From: Alphaproteobacteria bacterium
GTDB lineage: Bacteria; Pseudomonadota; Alphaproteobacteria; Rickettsiales; JABCZZ01
Length of the DNA: 64,000 nucleotides
Assembly: GCA_035906055.1 (NCBI GenBank)
Contig: JAMIFV010000013.1
Span: 2,535-66,534 of the forward strand
Reading direction: 5' to 3'
Below are positions 36,589 to 46,544 of the stretch, one piece after another. A model generated the notes under the pieces. That model saw only the letters and a list, made by a program, of their open reading frames with translations. It ran no database searches and was not told the origin of the DNA. Every line of letters starts with the position of its first letter. The stretch's first letter is position 1. A program made the translations under genes and the position numbers.

Positions 36589-38361
36589 ATGCTCCAGCGG
36601 GCACCAAAAGATCATGCCAAGATGCATCCTGCGCATGCCGTCTCGGGCATGGGCTACACCGTGCCGCGCGGGCCTTTCTGGTTTGACCTGCTGGCGCTGC
36701 TGATCGTTTCAGGTTTTTTCGTCTTTATCATCTGGGGCATGACGGCCATCTCCGCGCCGCAGGCCAACCTCGAAAAACACGTTATCAGCCTTGATCCTGA
36801 AAACCTGCCCGAATATGCATTGCGCACCACGCTGCGCATGCTGGTGGCCATGGCGGTGGCGTTCCTCTTCACGCTGGTCTATGCCACGCTGGCCGCCAAG
36901 AGCGCCAAGGCGGGGCAGATACTCATTCCCATGCTCGATGTGCTGCAATCCGTGCCCGTGCTGGGATATATTTCGTTCACGGTAACAGGGTTCATCGCAT
37001 TGTTCCCCGGTTCCATGCTGGGGGTGGAATGCGCGGCCATCTTTGCTATTTTCACCGCGCAGGCATGGAACATGATCTTCAGCCTTTATCAGTCGCTGCG
37101 CACCCTGCCGCGCGACATGCATGAGGCGGCGTTCGTGTACAAACTCACCGGCTGGCAGAAATTCTGGCGTGTGGAATTGCCTTTCGCCATGCCGGGGCTG
37201 GTGTGGAACATGATGATTTCCATGTCCGGCGCATGGTTCTTCGTGGTGGCGTCGGAAGCGATAACGGTGGGCAACACCACGGTGATGCTGCCGGGCATCG
37301 GCGCGTATATCGCACTGGCGATCAAAACCAGCAACCTGCACGCTATCTATTATGCGATCCTTGCGATGGCGGTGGTGATATTGCTTTACGACCAGTTGCT
37401 CTTCCGCCCGCTGGTGGCGTGGTCGGACAAGTTCCGCTACGAGATGACCGCGAAGGAAGACGCGCCTTCCTCATGGATTTATACGCTGTTCGGCAGGAGC
37501 AGGCTGGTTTATGCGCTGTTTACCCCGCTGCGCCGTTTCTTCACGTTCATTGCCGGGTTGCCGCTGTTCGCCCTGCGCAGCGAGAAGCCGCAACAATTTT
37601 TCAGCCGCAAGGAAGCGCGCCTGTTCGACGCGCTGTGGTATACCACGCTCACTGTGCTTGGTTCTGTGGCGCTGTTCTATGTGGTGGCGTTCCTGCGCAC
37701 GGGCGTAGCGTGGAGCGAAGTTATCCATGTCATCACCTGCGCCGGTTTGACGCTGTTGCGCATTATGGTGCTTATCCTGCTGGCGTCCATTGTGTGGGTG
37801 CCGGTGGGCGTGGCGATCGGACTTAACCCGCGCGCGGCGCGTGTGGTGCAACCGCTGGCGCAGTTCCTTGCCGCATTTCCCGCCAACCTGCTGTTTCCGC
37901 TGGCGGTGGTGGCGATCAGCCGTTACAGCCTTGACCCCGATATCTGGCTGTCGCCGCTAATGATTCTGGGCACGCAGTGGTATATCCTGTTCAACGTGGT
38001 GGCGGGCGCGTCCTCCTTCCCCAACGACCTGCGCGAAGTGTCGCGCAGCCTTTCCATACGCGGGCTGCTCTGGTGGCGCAGGGTGATATTGCCGGGCATA
38101 TTCCCCTATTACCTCACCGGCGCCATTGGCGCGTATGGCGGTGCGTGGAACGCCAGCATCGTGGCGGAAATTGTAAGCTGGGGTGATAAGACCTACGAAG
38201 CTCGGGGCTTAGGTTCCTACATTGCCGAGATGACCGCGAAGGGTGACCTTGTGCATGTGGGGCTTGGTATCGGCGTGATGGCGATCACGGTGGTTCTGGT
38301 CAACAAGCTGTTCTGGCGACCGCTATACGAAATGGCCGAACGCAAGCTGCGCTTTGATTAA
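36589..38361 (+). CDS. ABC transporter permease with duplicated BPD-type permease domains (NitT/TauT-like)
   Basis: 590-aa polytopic protein with two permease repeats. Confidence 0.75.
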   Translation: MLQRAPKDHAKMHPAHAVSGMGYTVPRGPFWFDLLALLIVSGFFVFIIWGMTAISAPQANLEKHVISLDPENLPEYALRTTLRMLVAMAVAFLFTLVYATLAAKSAKAGQILIPMLDVLQSVPVLGYISFTVTGFIALFPGSMLGVECAAIFAIFTAQAWNMIFSLYQSLRTLPRDMHEAAFVYKLTGWQKFWRVELPFAMPGLVWNMMISMSGAWFFVVASEAITVGNTTVMLPGIGAYIALAIKTSNLHAIYYAILAMAVVILLYDQLLFRPLVAWSDKFRYEMTAKEDAPSSWIYTLFGRSRLVYALFTPLRRFFTFIAGLPLFALRSEKPQQFFSRKEARLFDALWYTTLTVLGSVALFYVVAFLRTGVAWSEVIHVITCAGLTLLRIMVLILLASIVWVPVGVAIGLNPRAARVVQPLAQFLAAFPANLLFPLAVVAISRYSLDPDIWLSPLMILGTQWYILFNVVAGASSFPNDLREVSRSLSIRGLLWWRRVILPGIFPYYLTGAIGAYGGAWNASIVAEIVSWGDKTYEARGLGSYIAEMTAKGDLVHVGLGIGVMAITVVLVNKLFWRPLYEMAERKLRFD

Positions 38362-38387
38362 TGCGCAGAAGAGGTTAGAAAAGGACT

Positions 38388-39683
38388 ATGGAAAAAACGC
38401 TTCTGCAGCTTTCGCACATCAACCAATCCTTCTCCAAAGGCGAAGGGCGCAGCGCCAACGTGCTTGACGATGTGAACCTTTCCCTGCGTGAAGGGGAGAT
38501 CGTGGGGTTGCTGGGTAAGTCCGGTTCAGGAAAATCCACGCTGCTGCGCATCATCGCGGGGCTTATCAAGCCCACGGGAGGAAAGCGCGATTATATTCCG
38601 GGCGAGAATGCCAACGCGCTCAATATCGCCATGGTGTTCCAGACTTTCGCGCTGTTTCCATGGCTGAGCGTGCTCAAGAACGTGGAACTGGGGCTGGAAG
38701 CGTCAGGCCTTGATGCCAAGGAAACCCGCAAGCGCGCGCTTGCCGCCATCGACCTTATCGGCCTGGACGGCTATGAGTCCGCTTACCCACGTGAGCTTTC
38801 CGGCGGCATGAAGCAACGCGTGGGCTTTGCGCGCGCGCTGGTGGTGAACCCGGAAATACTGCTTATGGACGAGCCGTTCTCCGCGCTCGACGTGCTGACG
38901 GCGGAGACGCTCAAGACCGACTTCATAGAGCTGTGGAGCGACGGCAAGCTGCCTATCAAGTCGGTGATGCTGGTGACGCATAACATCGAGGAAGCGGTGC
39001 TCATGAGCGACCGTATCCTTATCTTCTCCTCGAATCCGGGGCGCATATTGCAGGAGATACGCGTGGATATGCCGCATCCGCGCGATCGCCAGTCATCCGC
39101 CTTCCGTGCTAAAGTAGAGCAGATATTCACGATCATGACGTCAGGCGCCAGGAAACGCGAGACGGGCACGGCCATGCGTGCGCCCGGCGCCAGCATGTAT
39201 GAAACGCTGCCGCATGTTTCGCCCAACCATCTGGCCGGTCTTATGGAGGCGCTTATCGCCGCGCCGTATCACGGCCATGCCGACCTGCCCGTGCTCGACC
39301 AGGCACTCGATCTTGGCACGGACGAAGTGCTGCGCATCGTGGACGTGCTGCGCATACTCAAATTTGCGGATGTGGAAGCCGGTGACATCAACCTCACCGT
39401 GGCGGGCAAGGCCTTCGCCGATTCCGATACGCAGCGCCGCAAGCAGATATTCGCCGAGCAGATCATGCAGAACATTCCGCTGGTTGCGTATATTTACCGT
39501 ATCCTGCAGGAAAGGCCAGGCAACCGCGCCCCGCATGCGCGCTTTGCCACGCATCTGGAAGACCATATGTCCGGAGAGGACGCCGCCGAAGCGCTCAATG
39601 CCGTTACCAGCTGGGGCCGTTATGCCGAGCTGTTTGCGTATGACGATGACTCGGAGACTTATAGTCTTGAAAATCCTACGTAG
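38388..39683 (+). CDS. ABC transporter ATP-binding protein (NitT/TauT-like) with a roughly 170-aa C-terminal extension
   Basis: GKSGSGKSTLL, LSGGMKQRVGFARAL, LLMDEPFSALD. Confidence 0.85.
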   Translation: MEKTLLQLSHINQSFSKGEGRSANVLDDVNLSLREGEIVGLLGKSGSGKSTLLRIIAGLIKPTGGKRDYIPGENANALNIAMVFQTFALFPWLSVLKNVELGLEASGLDAKETRKRALAAIDLIGLDGYESAYPRELSGGMKQRVGFARALVVNPEILLMDEPFSALDVLTAETLKTDFIELWSDGKLPIKSVMLVTHNIEEAVLMSDRILIFSSNPGRILQEIRVDMPHPRDRQSSAFRAKVEQIFTIMTSGARKRETGTAMRAPGASMYETLPHVSPNHLAGLMEALIAAPYHGHADLPVLDQALDLGTDEVLRIVDVLRILKFADVEAGDINLTVAGKAFADSDTQRRKQIFAEQIMQNIPLVAYIYRILQERPGNRAPHARFATHLEDHMSGEDAAEALNAVTSWGRYAELFAYDDDSETYSLENPT

Positions 39684-39694
39684 TCTTGATTATT

Positions 39695-39856
39695 GGGGCG
39701 CGTTTCGCCCTTTATTGGAGGGGAAACGCTTTCCCCTCTGCGCATCCGCGCATTCACCCCTTGCGAGGTCGTCGCTTCGCTCCTCCATACCTACGGTTAG
39801 GCACTGGAATAAACATCGGTACCGTATGAGTGGATGAATGCTATATGACGCCCCCC
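39695..39856. repeat. family-A GC-rich palindromic element, copy A5
   Basis: ggggcgcgtttcgccc, ggaggggaaacgctttcccctc, gcgcatccgcgc, ccccttgcgaggtcgtcgcttcgctcctccatacctacgg ... Confidence 0.75.
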
Positions 39857-39862
39857 TAAAAC

Positions 39863-39897
39863 AAAAAAGCCCTGCCATTTCCGGCAGGGCTTTTTTG
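39863..39897. terminator. bidirectional rho-independent terminator between convergent genes
   Basis: aaaaaagccctgccatttccggcagggctttttt. Confidence 0.85.
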
Positions 39898-39910
39898 TTA
39901 AGCAATAAGG

Positions 39911-41575
39911 CTATTTCACTAAAAATAAATCCACGCGGTCGGCGGCGGCACCTTCGCTCTTGTTGCCAAGGGCGCGTACGTTCACGCGCTCGATATCAAT
40001 GCCTTTCGTCGTGGTGAGGTAGTTGCGCACCGCGATGCCGCGTGCCAGCGATACGCGCTTGGGATAGATGCCGTTTTCGTTCTTGCCGCCCGCATAGGAA
40101 AGAATATTCACGCGGGTTCCGGGCGACTGTTCAAGTTTGGCCGCTACCGTATCGAGCTGGCTGAACAATGCCTGCGAAACATCGGTTTCGCTTTCGCTGA
40201 ATATCAGGCGCATGTCGGGATCAGTGGAAGAACTGTCTTTCTTGCTCATTTGTTCCAGCAGCGCCTTATTGGCGGAGTCGGTTCTGGGAGCCGCGCTCAG
40301 CAGGTCTTCCTGCGTGCCGGATGGCAGCGAGGGAAGATCGCCCCTGGCATTGTCAGGCAGGGGTATCAGATCGGGTATATCTGCCATTTTGTTCGGTTCT
40401 GCCAGTGCGCTGGAGTCATCGGGCAGTGTCAGGTCGGACTTCTGTGTCGCGGGCGGCGCAATCGCATCACTCACCGGAGGCAGAGCCGGTTTTTCCGGCT
40501 CGGGCAGGCCTGAGGGAGCAGGTTCGGGAAGCGCCGGAGGCGTTGCGTCTATTGCCGACTCTGGCAGTTCCGGAGCGGTTTCAGGCTTCTTTTCTGTTGG
40601 CAGCGGGGCAGGAGTAAGCGTGGGCAGAGCCATCGGTGTACCAACGGCCATGGGGGCTTCAGGTTCCTTGGGAGCGGGTGGAATAGCGGCTGAGGCAGGC
40701 GCTGTTTCTGCCGGTTTGGTCGTGGTGCTACCGGATTTCAGGTTGGCGTCAGGCAACGGAGAACCCATCAGGGTGGGGCGAGTCATTTCCGATACGGTCG
40801 GTGGGGTTGGCAGAGTGGCAGGCGCAACTTCAATCTTGGGAGCAGCAGGCGTGCCTGGCGGAAGCGTATGCGGAAGTTCGGGAGGGGTTGGCAGGTTGCC
40901 CGGAGCGGGCGCGGGCGTGGAAGGCTTGCCGCTGATGAAGTCCGAAAGCTGGTCGCCGAGGCCGGGCTTGGCAGGCTCTGCCGGTGCGGCGGAAGTGGCC
41001 GGTGCACCCGGAACAGGCAGCGGTGCGGTGGCTTCGGGTTTAGGCAGTTCCGGCGCTGTGGGAAGTGCCGGGACCTTGTCTGTAGGAACGGTTACGGGAG
41101 TGGGCAGCTCCCTGATGGGGTCAGCAGGCAAAACGTTCAATTCCGGCGGGGTGGGAGTGAGCTCATTCGGCAGGTCTTTGATGGGAGGCAGCTCAGCGGG
41201 CATGGGAGGCACTACAACAGCAGGAGCAGGAGCGGGAACGGGCGTCTTGTGTTCGGTGTGGGGGATTTCTTTCACGGGCGCCGGTTTGGTTTCCTTAACC
41301 GGAGCGGGTTTGGCAGGCTTGGTTTCTTTCTTGGGGATTGCAGGCTTTTTGGATTTTTCTACAGGTTTGCTTTCCGCTTTTTTGCTGGCGGGCGCTACGG
41401 GTTTTGCTTCTTCTTTTCTGGCAGGTGCCGCTGCGGGGGCGGGTTTGCTGCTTTTCTCAAGCACGTCGAGATTGATCTCGATGCTGGATGCGGCATTGGC
41501 CGGTGCGGAAACCCCGGCTATCAGTGCTGCAACGCATACGCTCGATATATATTTACGCAAAAAAGCAGTTTTCAT
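39911..41575 (-). CDS. OmpA/MotB-like peptidoglycan-binding protein with a long Pro/Ala/Thr-rich low-complexity region
   Basis: Signal peptide MKTAFLRKYISSVCVAALIAGVSAPANA. Short KPAPVKETKPAPVKE repeats. The C-terminus ..NILSYAGG...RVSLARGIAVRNYL...RV..RALG is OmpA_C-like. Confidence 0.7.
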   Translation of the reverse strand: MKTAFLRKYISSVCVAALIAGVSAPANAASSIEINLDVLEKSSKPAPAAAPARKEEAKPVAPASKKAESKPVEKSKKPAIPKKETKPAKPAPVKETKPAPVKEIPHTEHKTPVPAPAPAVVVPPMPAELPPIKDLPNELTPTPPELNVLPADPIRELPTPVTVPTDKVPALPTAPELPKPEATAPLPVPGAPATSAAPAEPAKPGLGDQLSDFISGKPSTPAPAPGNLPTPPELPHTLPPGTPAAPKIEVAPATLPTPPTVSEMTRPTLMGSPLPDANLKSGSTTTKPAETAPASAAIPPAPKEPEAPMAVGTPMALPTLTPAPLPTEKKPETAPELPESAIDATPPALPEPAPSGLPEPEKPALPPVSDAIAPPATQKSDLTLPDDSSALAEPNKMADIPDLIPLPDNARGDLPSLPSGTQEDLLSAAPRTDSANKALLEQMSKKDSSSTDPDMRLIFSESETDVSQALFSQLDTVAAKLEQSPGTRVNILSYAGGKNENGIYPKRVSLARGIAVRNYLTTTKGIDIERVNVRALGNKSEGAAADRVDLFLVK

Positions 41576-41655
41576 GTCAGAACCTCCATTATGGTGTATT
41601 AATTTATGTAGTAAACACCGCAAAGGCAAGGGGGAAGTGACGTGCCCGCAAAGGG

Positions 41656-42447
41656 TCAGACAGCGGTTGCGGCTGATACGATCTTTTCATGAATCAGTGC
41701 ATTGCCTGCAATGAACAGTGGCTTCTCGCTATCGTTGCGCAGGAACGTGCGTCCACCCGCTTCGCGCACGAGCAGGGCACCGGCAGAAATGTCCCAGGAC
41801 TTGAAATTGACATGGCAGGCGGCATCGTACCTGCCTGCTGCTAGATAGGCGAGATCAAGCGCGGTGGCGCCGCAGGCGCGCAGCGAATAAGGCTGCTGGC
41901 GCAATGTGGCGAAGATGTGGTCATGATAGGAGCCGCCTTTTACTGCCTGCGGCAGGAAGGTGGCGATGAGGCAGGTATCGGGTTCGGCGCGGCTTGAAAC
42001 CATCATGCGCTTATCGTCAAGCGTAGCGCCCTGATGCATTTCGGCGCAGAAGAGTTCATTGCGCAGGGGGTCGTAAATAACGGCGGCCTGTGTTTCAAAA
42101 CCACCATCGCGCAGTTGCTTTTCGTAGCCGATGGAAATGCAGAAATACGGGATCGCATGAATGAAATTATGCGTGCCGTCGATGGGGTCGATAACGAAGC
42201 GGTGCGTGGGGTCGCTGCCAGCGATTTCGCCGCTTTCTTCCATAACGAACCCGCAGGTGGGGCGCGCTTTGGAAAGTTCCTGATGCAGTATTTTCTCAGA
42301 ACGCTTGTCGGCTGCGGTGGCGAAATCCGCCGTGCCCTTGCGCGATACCTGCAATTGTTCGATCTCGCCGAAATCGCGCACGACCGAACGCCCTGCCTTG
42401 AGGGCGGCGGCGGTCATTACAGTGAGTATCGCTGAACGTGGGGGCAT
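41656..42447 (-). CDS. suhB: inositol monophosphatase family protein (SuhB-like)
   Basis: VIDPIDGTHNF and WDISAG motifs. Confidence 0.85.
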   Translation of the reverse strand: MPPRSAILTVMTAAALKAGRSVVRDFGEIEQLQVSRKGTADFATAADKRSEKILHQELSKARPTCGFVMEESGEIAGSDPTHRFVIDPIDGTHNFIHAIPYFCISIGYEKQLRDGGFETQAAVIYDPLRNELFCAEMHQGATLDDKRMMVSSRAEPDTCLIATFLPQAVKGGSYHDHIFATLRQQPYSLRACGATALDLAYLAAGRYDAACHVNFKSWDISAGALLVREAGGRTFLRNDSEKPLFIAGNALIHEKIVSAATAV

Positions 42448-42485
42448 GGGCAGGATGTAATGGAACGTTACGTGTTTGTCAAAGA

Positions 42486-43769
42486 TTAAGCGGCTGTATT
42501 ATTTTGCCCTTTTAGTGTGGCTACGGCAAGTTTCTTGCCGTCTTCCACGGCGGGCTGGTCAAACGGGTCAATCAGCATGAGCCTGCCGGTGAGAATAGTC
42601 TCCAGCACGAAATGCATGGTGAGTTCACCCAATGCCGTTTCATCAAGGTTTTTCAATGAGAAAACCCGTGCCGGGCACTGCTTGTTCGTCAATGTTTCCA
42701 TGGTGGCAAGCTGGTGTGCGTCTATAAGGTCGCCCAGCGTATGTTTATGCAGATACGAGAGCGCCGGATCGTCGCCAAGCTCTATCACCGGGCCTTTATT
42801 GTGTTGCTCCAGCATCAGCAGCGTGAAGAATTTATCGCGCGGCCCGTCGAGGTATAATTGCAGCTGGCTGTGCTGGTCCACGGAACCCAGAGCAGGTGCC
42901 GGGGTGATGCCCTTGCCGCTTTTGCCAAGGCTTTCCGCCCATATCTGGCGGTGCCAGAGGGCAAAATTCCACAGCCGGTCGCAATAGGGATACATGACGG
43001 AAATGCCTTTTCCCTGCTCGGCCATGGTATGGCAGAGCGCTGCGCCCTGCACGGCGGGTGCGTCGCCAGCCGCGCGCAGGAGCTGCCCGATCACACTGAC
43101 CGCGCCTTTGCGTATGGCGCGGATATCCAGCCCGGCCACCGCTGCGGGCAACAACCCGACCAGCGTCAGCGCCGCATACCTGCCGCCGATATTGTTCTGA
43201 TGCTCAAGCTGCCTGATGCCGTGCTTCACCGCAATGCGCGCCAGCGGGTTGTCCGTGCGCTCGGTGATGACGATAAAATGTCCCGATGCTGTTTTTGCAG
43301 GCAGCGCCTTTTCGGCGGCGTCCCACAGGATGGCCATGTGCGCCAGCGTCTCGGCGGTGCCGCCGGATTTGCTGATCATGATGAAGAGCGTGGAGCGGTA
43401 ATCCAGCGACGCAGTCAGCTGTTCGATGGATGCGGGGTCGATATTGTCCACAAACAGCAGTTTCACTTTGCCGCTTAAGCCGGTGACCGGATTGTAAGCC
43501 AGCGAGCAGAGCATCTTGCCGCTTAAGGACGAACCGCCCATGCCGCACACCACCACGGTGGAAAAACGCGCGGTAATTTCCTTTGCGGTCTGCTCTATGA
43601 GCTCCAGATCGCTGTCATCAAGGCAGCGTTCCACTACCGGAAGTTTTTCCCCCGCGAGGGCAATGCCAGCCTCCACGGCGCGTTGCAGGGCGCGGCGGAA
43701 TACGGGATCGCTTATGCCATTGTTCCCCGCTGCCTGGCTCATGGCGCGCGAGAAGTCCTGAATATACAT
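42486..43769 (-). CDS. pgi: glucose-6-phosphate isomerase (short form)
   Basis: VVCGMGGSSLSGK, ISKSGGTAET, VDQHSQLQLYLDGP. Confidence 0.8.
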   Translation of the reverse strand: MYIQDFSRAMSQAAGNNGISDPVFRRALQRAVEAGIALAGEKLPVVERCLDDSDLELIEQTAKEITARFSTVVVCGMGGSSLSGKMLCSLAYNPVTGLSGKVKLLFVDNIDPASIEQLTASLDYRSTLFIMISKSGGTAETLAHMAILWDAAEKALPAKTASGHFIVITERTDNPLARIAVKHGIRQLEHQNNIGGRYAALTLVGLLPAAVAGLDIRAIRKGAVSVIGQLLRAAGDAPAVQGAALCHTMAEQGKGISVMYPYCDRLWNFALWHRQIWAESLGKSGKGITPAPALGSVDQHSQLQLYLDGPRDKFFTLLMLEQHNKGPVIELGDDPALSYLHKHTLGDLIDAHQLATMETLTNKQCPARVFSLKNLDETALGELTMHFVLETILTGRLMLIDPFDQPAVEDGKKLAVATLKGQNNTAA

Positions 43770-43803
43770 GGGCTGCCCAGATTAAAGCTAGTTGAGTTGG
43801 AGA

Positions 43804-45141
43804 CTATGGTGTCTTGGATTCTTTTGTATCGACATCAGCGGATTCTGGCGAACCTGCCATGACTACGAGTGGTACACGCGACAGCAGATCTTTTGCAAGC
43901 ATGTTTACCTCGCTCAGCGATACTTTTTCGATAAGTGATGCACGTTTGTCCATATAGTCGATGCCGAGGTCGTAATACTGAATGCCGATCAGCATGCCCG
44001 CCAGTTCGTTCTGCGTGTCGGAACCCAGCGGGAACGAGCCGATCAGGTAGCTTTTGGCGTTGCTCAGTTCCTGCTCGGTTATGCCGTTGCGCTGCGCTTC
44101 GTCCAGTATGGAGCGCACGAGCTTCATCGCTTCCAGCGCTTCCGAATTGCGCGTGGCGAACCCGACGGAAAAATAGGCCGCATGGTCCATGATATCGATG
44201 CTCGTGCCGATATGGTAAACAAGGCCGCGCTTGTTGCGCACTTCGGAACCCAAACGCGAGGTGATGCTGTCGCCGCCCAGTATCTGGTTGAGTATCTGCA
44301 GCGCGGGGTAACGCGGGTCGGTTCGTTTTACGCCCTGCAGGCTTGCGATGACCACGCTCTGCGGTACATTCATTTTTACGATGGCGGGCGCTTCCGCACC
44401 TTCCGGCATGGTAAGGTCGGCGAGGTCATTTCCCTGCCTGGCCTGCGCGGTATATTCAGGCAGTTCCCAGTCCTTCACTTCGTCCTCGGTGATGTCGCCC
44501 ACTACGGAGATGATGGGCTTTGCCCCGGCAAAGTAATGGCTGCGTGCGAATGCGCGCATGTCTTCAGCGGTGACGGATTTTACCGATTCAATCGTGCCGC
44601 GGCGCGGCAGGGCATACGCATGACTGGGGAATGCAAGTTCCTTCCAGCGTCGCGAGGCCATATACATGGGCTCTTCTTCGAGATGGGTGAGGTCGCTGAC
44701 GATGCTGGCGCGGATGCGTTCGACCGCTTCCGCGTCAAAGCGCGGCCTGGTCAGGGCGGCCAGCAGCAGGTCGATCGCATCGTCTTTGTGTTCTGAAAGC
44801 GTCTGCACGGTGACGGTGGTCATGTCCATGCCGGTATCGGCACCAAAACGTATGGCTTTATCTTCCAGCGCCTGACGGAATGCCAGCGCATTCAGGTTGC
44901 CGGCACCTTCATCGAGCATCTGCGAGAGGAAAGAGGACAGACCGGATTTTCCCGCCGGGTCCTGCGCCGCACCGCTTTTGGGGAAAGCGATCTTGATGGT
45001 GACAACCGGCAGCGTGTGGTCTTCCACCAGCCACACCGTGTTGCCCGACGATGTTTCAACCGGTTTGATTTTAGCGGAAGCTTCCGCGTTCACGCTGATA
45101 GCCACTACACTTAAGCATACCAGAAGGAATCTGCGTATCAT
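43804..45141 (-). CDS. M16-family peptidase, non-catalytic-type subunit (no HxxEH)
   Basis: Signal peptide and insulinase-like fold. Overlaps the upstream M16 gene by 4 nt. Confidence 0.75.
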   Translation of the reverse strand: MIRRFLLVCLSVVAISVNAEASAKIKPVETSSGNTVWLVEDHTLPVVTIKIAFPKSGAAQDPAGKSGLSSFLSQMLDEGAGNLNALAFRQALEDKAIRFGADTGMDMTTVTVQTLSEHKDDAIDLLLAALTRPRFDAEAVERIRASIVSDLTHLEEEPMYMASRRWKELAFPSHAYALPRRGTIESVKSVTAEDMRAFARSHYFAGAKPIISVVGDITEDEVKDWELPEYTAQARQGNDLADLTMPEGAEAPAIVKMNVPQSVVIASLQGVKRTDPRYPALQILNQILGGDSITSRLGSEVRNKRGLVYHIGTSIDIMDHAAYFSVGFATRNSEALEAMKLVRSILDEAQRNGITEQELSNAKSYLIGSFPLGSDTQNELAGMLIGIQYYDLGIDYMDKRASLIEKVSLSEVNMLAKDLLSRVPLVVMAGSPESADVDTKESKTP

Positions 45142-46544
45142 TTTTCCTCTCCCTTCGCGGTCTTTTTGGCGGGGATGAGATAGCCCGTTACCGAGTTATT
45201 GCGTTCAAACAGGGCAGGCATGCTCTGCATTACCTCGTCCGTGCTCACGCGGTCAACCAGTGCGGGCCATTCGAGAAAGTAGGATGTGGGAAGCCCCTGT
45301 GCGATGAGCGTGCCCAGCATGCGCGCCATGCCTTCCACGCCGTCACGCGCATAGATAGTTTCGGCTTTCAGCAGGGTCTTGGCGCGCGCCAGTTCCGCAT
45401 CGGTGATTTTAGTATTGGCGAACTCTTCCAGTTCCCTGTCGATGGCGGCTTCGAGCTGAGCAAGCGTAACGCCGGGGGCGGGGCGTGCATCAATGGACAC
45501 TTCGCCCGGCCCGATGGCGAACCCGTCATAACCCACATTCACAGCAGTGGCGAGTTTCTGCTTCACCACCAGCGACTGGTACAGGCGTGAGGATGAACCG
45601 CCGCCCAGCACCTGCGCGAGGATGAAGCCGGGAAGCACTTTCTTTTTTTCTTCTTCCGGGCTGTTATTGCTTGGGGCGGTGTAATAGCGGCTGAACTCAG
45701 GCTCGCGCACATTCTCGTGGCGCAGTTCGGTGTGGCGGGGGCCGCGCTGCGGCGGTTCATGGTTCCATATGCGTTTTGCAGCGGTGCCTGCGGGCAGTCC
45801 GCCGTAATATTGCTCGGCGAGTGTTTCAAGTTCCGCGCGGGAGATATCGCCGGAGACAACCAGCACGGCGTTGGCGGGGTGATAGAACTCCTTGTGGAAT
45901 GCCAGCACGTCGGCGCGTGAGAGCGCCTGCATCTCGTGCATCCAGCCGATATTGGGCGTGCCGTAAGGATGGTTGCGGAACAAAAGCGCCTGCATTTCTT
46001 CCGCCAGCAGTGCGGAAGGCTGGTTCTCGATCACGCTGCGGCGCTCTTCGATGATCACCTCACGTTCCTTGGTGAAGTTCTCCATCGTTGGCGCCAGATG
46101 CAGCATGCGGTCCGCTTCCATCTGCATGACCATGGGCAGGTGTTCGCGCGCAATGGTGACGTAATACGCGGTGTAGTCATGCCCGGTGAAGGCGTTGGCA
46201 CGGCCGCCGCGGTCGGACACGGCTTTGAGGAAATCGCCGCTGTTGGTGGTTTCCGTACCCTGGAACATCATATGCTCGTTGTAATGGGCGAGGCCTGAAC
46301 GGCCGGGATAATCGTCCCCCGAGCCCACCTTATACCACAGCATATGCGTGACAGCGGGCACGTTATGATTGGCGAACAAAACCACGTCCATGCCGTTGCG
46401 CAGCTGGAAAGTCTCGATCTCGGGCTTATACAGCGCGGAGAGCTGCTGGTTGCGCGCAGAAGGCGACAACAGCACGATCGCCACCGCCGCAATCGTGGCG
46501 ATGACAATGACGATTTTACATAATGCGGCTTTAGAAGAGGTCAC
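45138..46544 (-). CDS. M16-family zinc peptidase (catalytic HxxEH present)
   Basis: GLAHYNEHMMFQGT. Confidence 0.8.
   Translation of the reverse strand: MTSSKAALCKIVIVIATIAAVAIVLLSPSARNQQLSALYKPEIETFQLRNGMDVVLFANHNVPAVTHMLWYKVGSGDDYPGRSGLAHYNEHMMFQGTETTNSGDFLKAVSDRGGRANAFTGHDYTAYYVTIAREHLPMVMQMEADRMLHLAPTMENFTKEREVIIEERRSVIENQPSALLAEEMQALLFRNHPYGTPNIGWMHEMQALSRADVLAFHKEFYHPANAVLVVSGDISRAELETLAEQYYGGLPAGTAAKRIWNHEPPQRGPRHTELRHENVREPEFSRYYTAPSNNSPEEEKKKVLPGFILAQVLGGGSSSRLYQSLVVKQKLATAVNVGYDGFAIGPGEVSIDARPAPGVTLAQLEAAIDRELEEFANTKITDAELARAKTLLKAETIYARDGVEGMARMLGTLIAQGLPTSYFLEWPALVDRVSTDEVMQSMPALFERNNSVTGYLIPAKKTAKGEEK

Noticed and set aside
40137-41714. A 525-aa Gly/Ser/Ala-rich plus-strand ORF.
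   Set aside because: It is the mirror image of the Pro-rich OmpA-like gene. The minus-strand product has a signal peptide and an OmpA_C-like end, and this ORF has neither.
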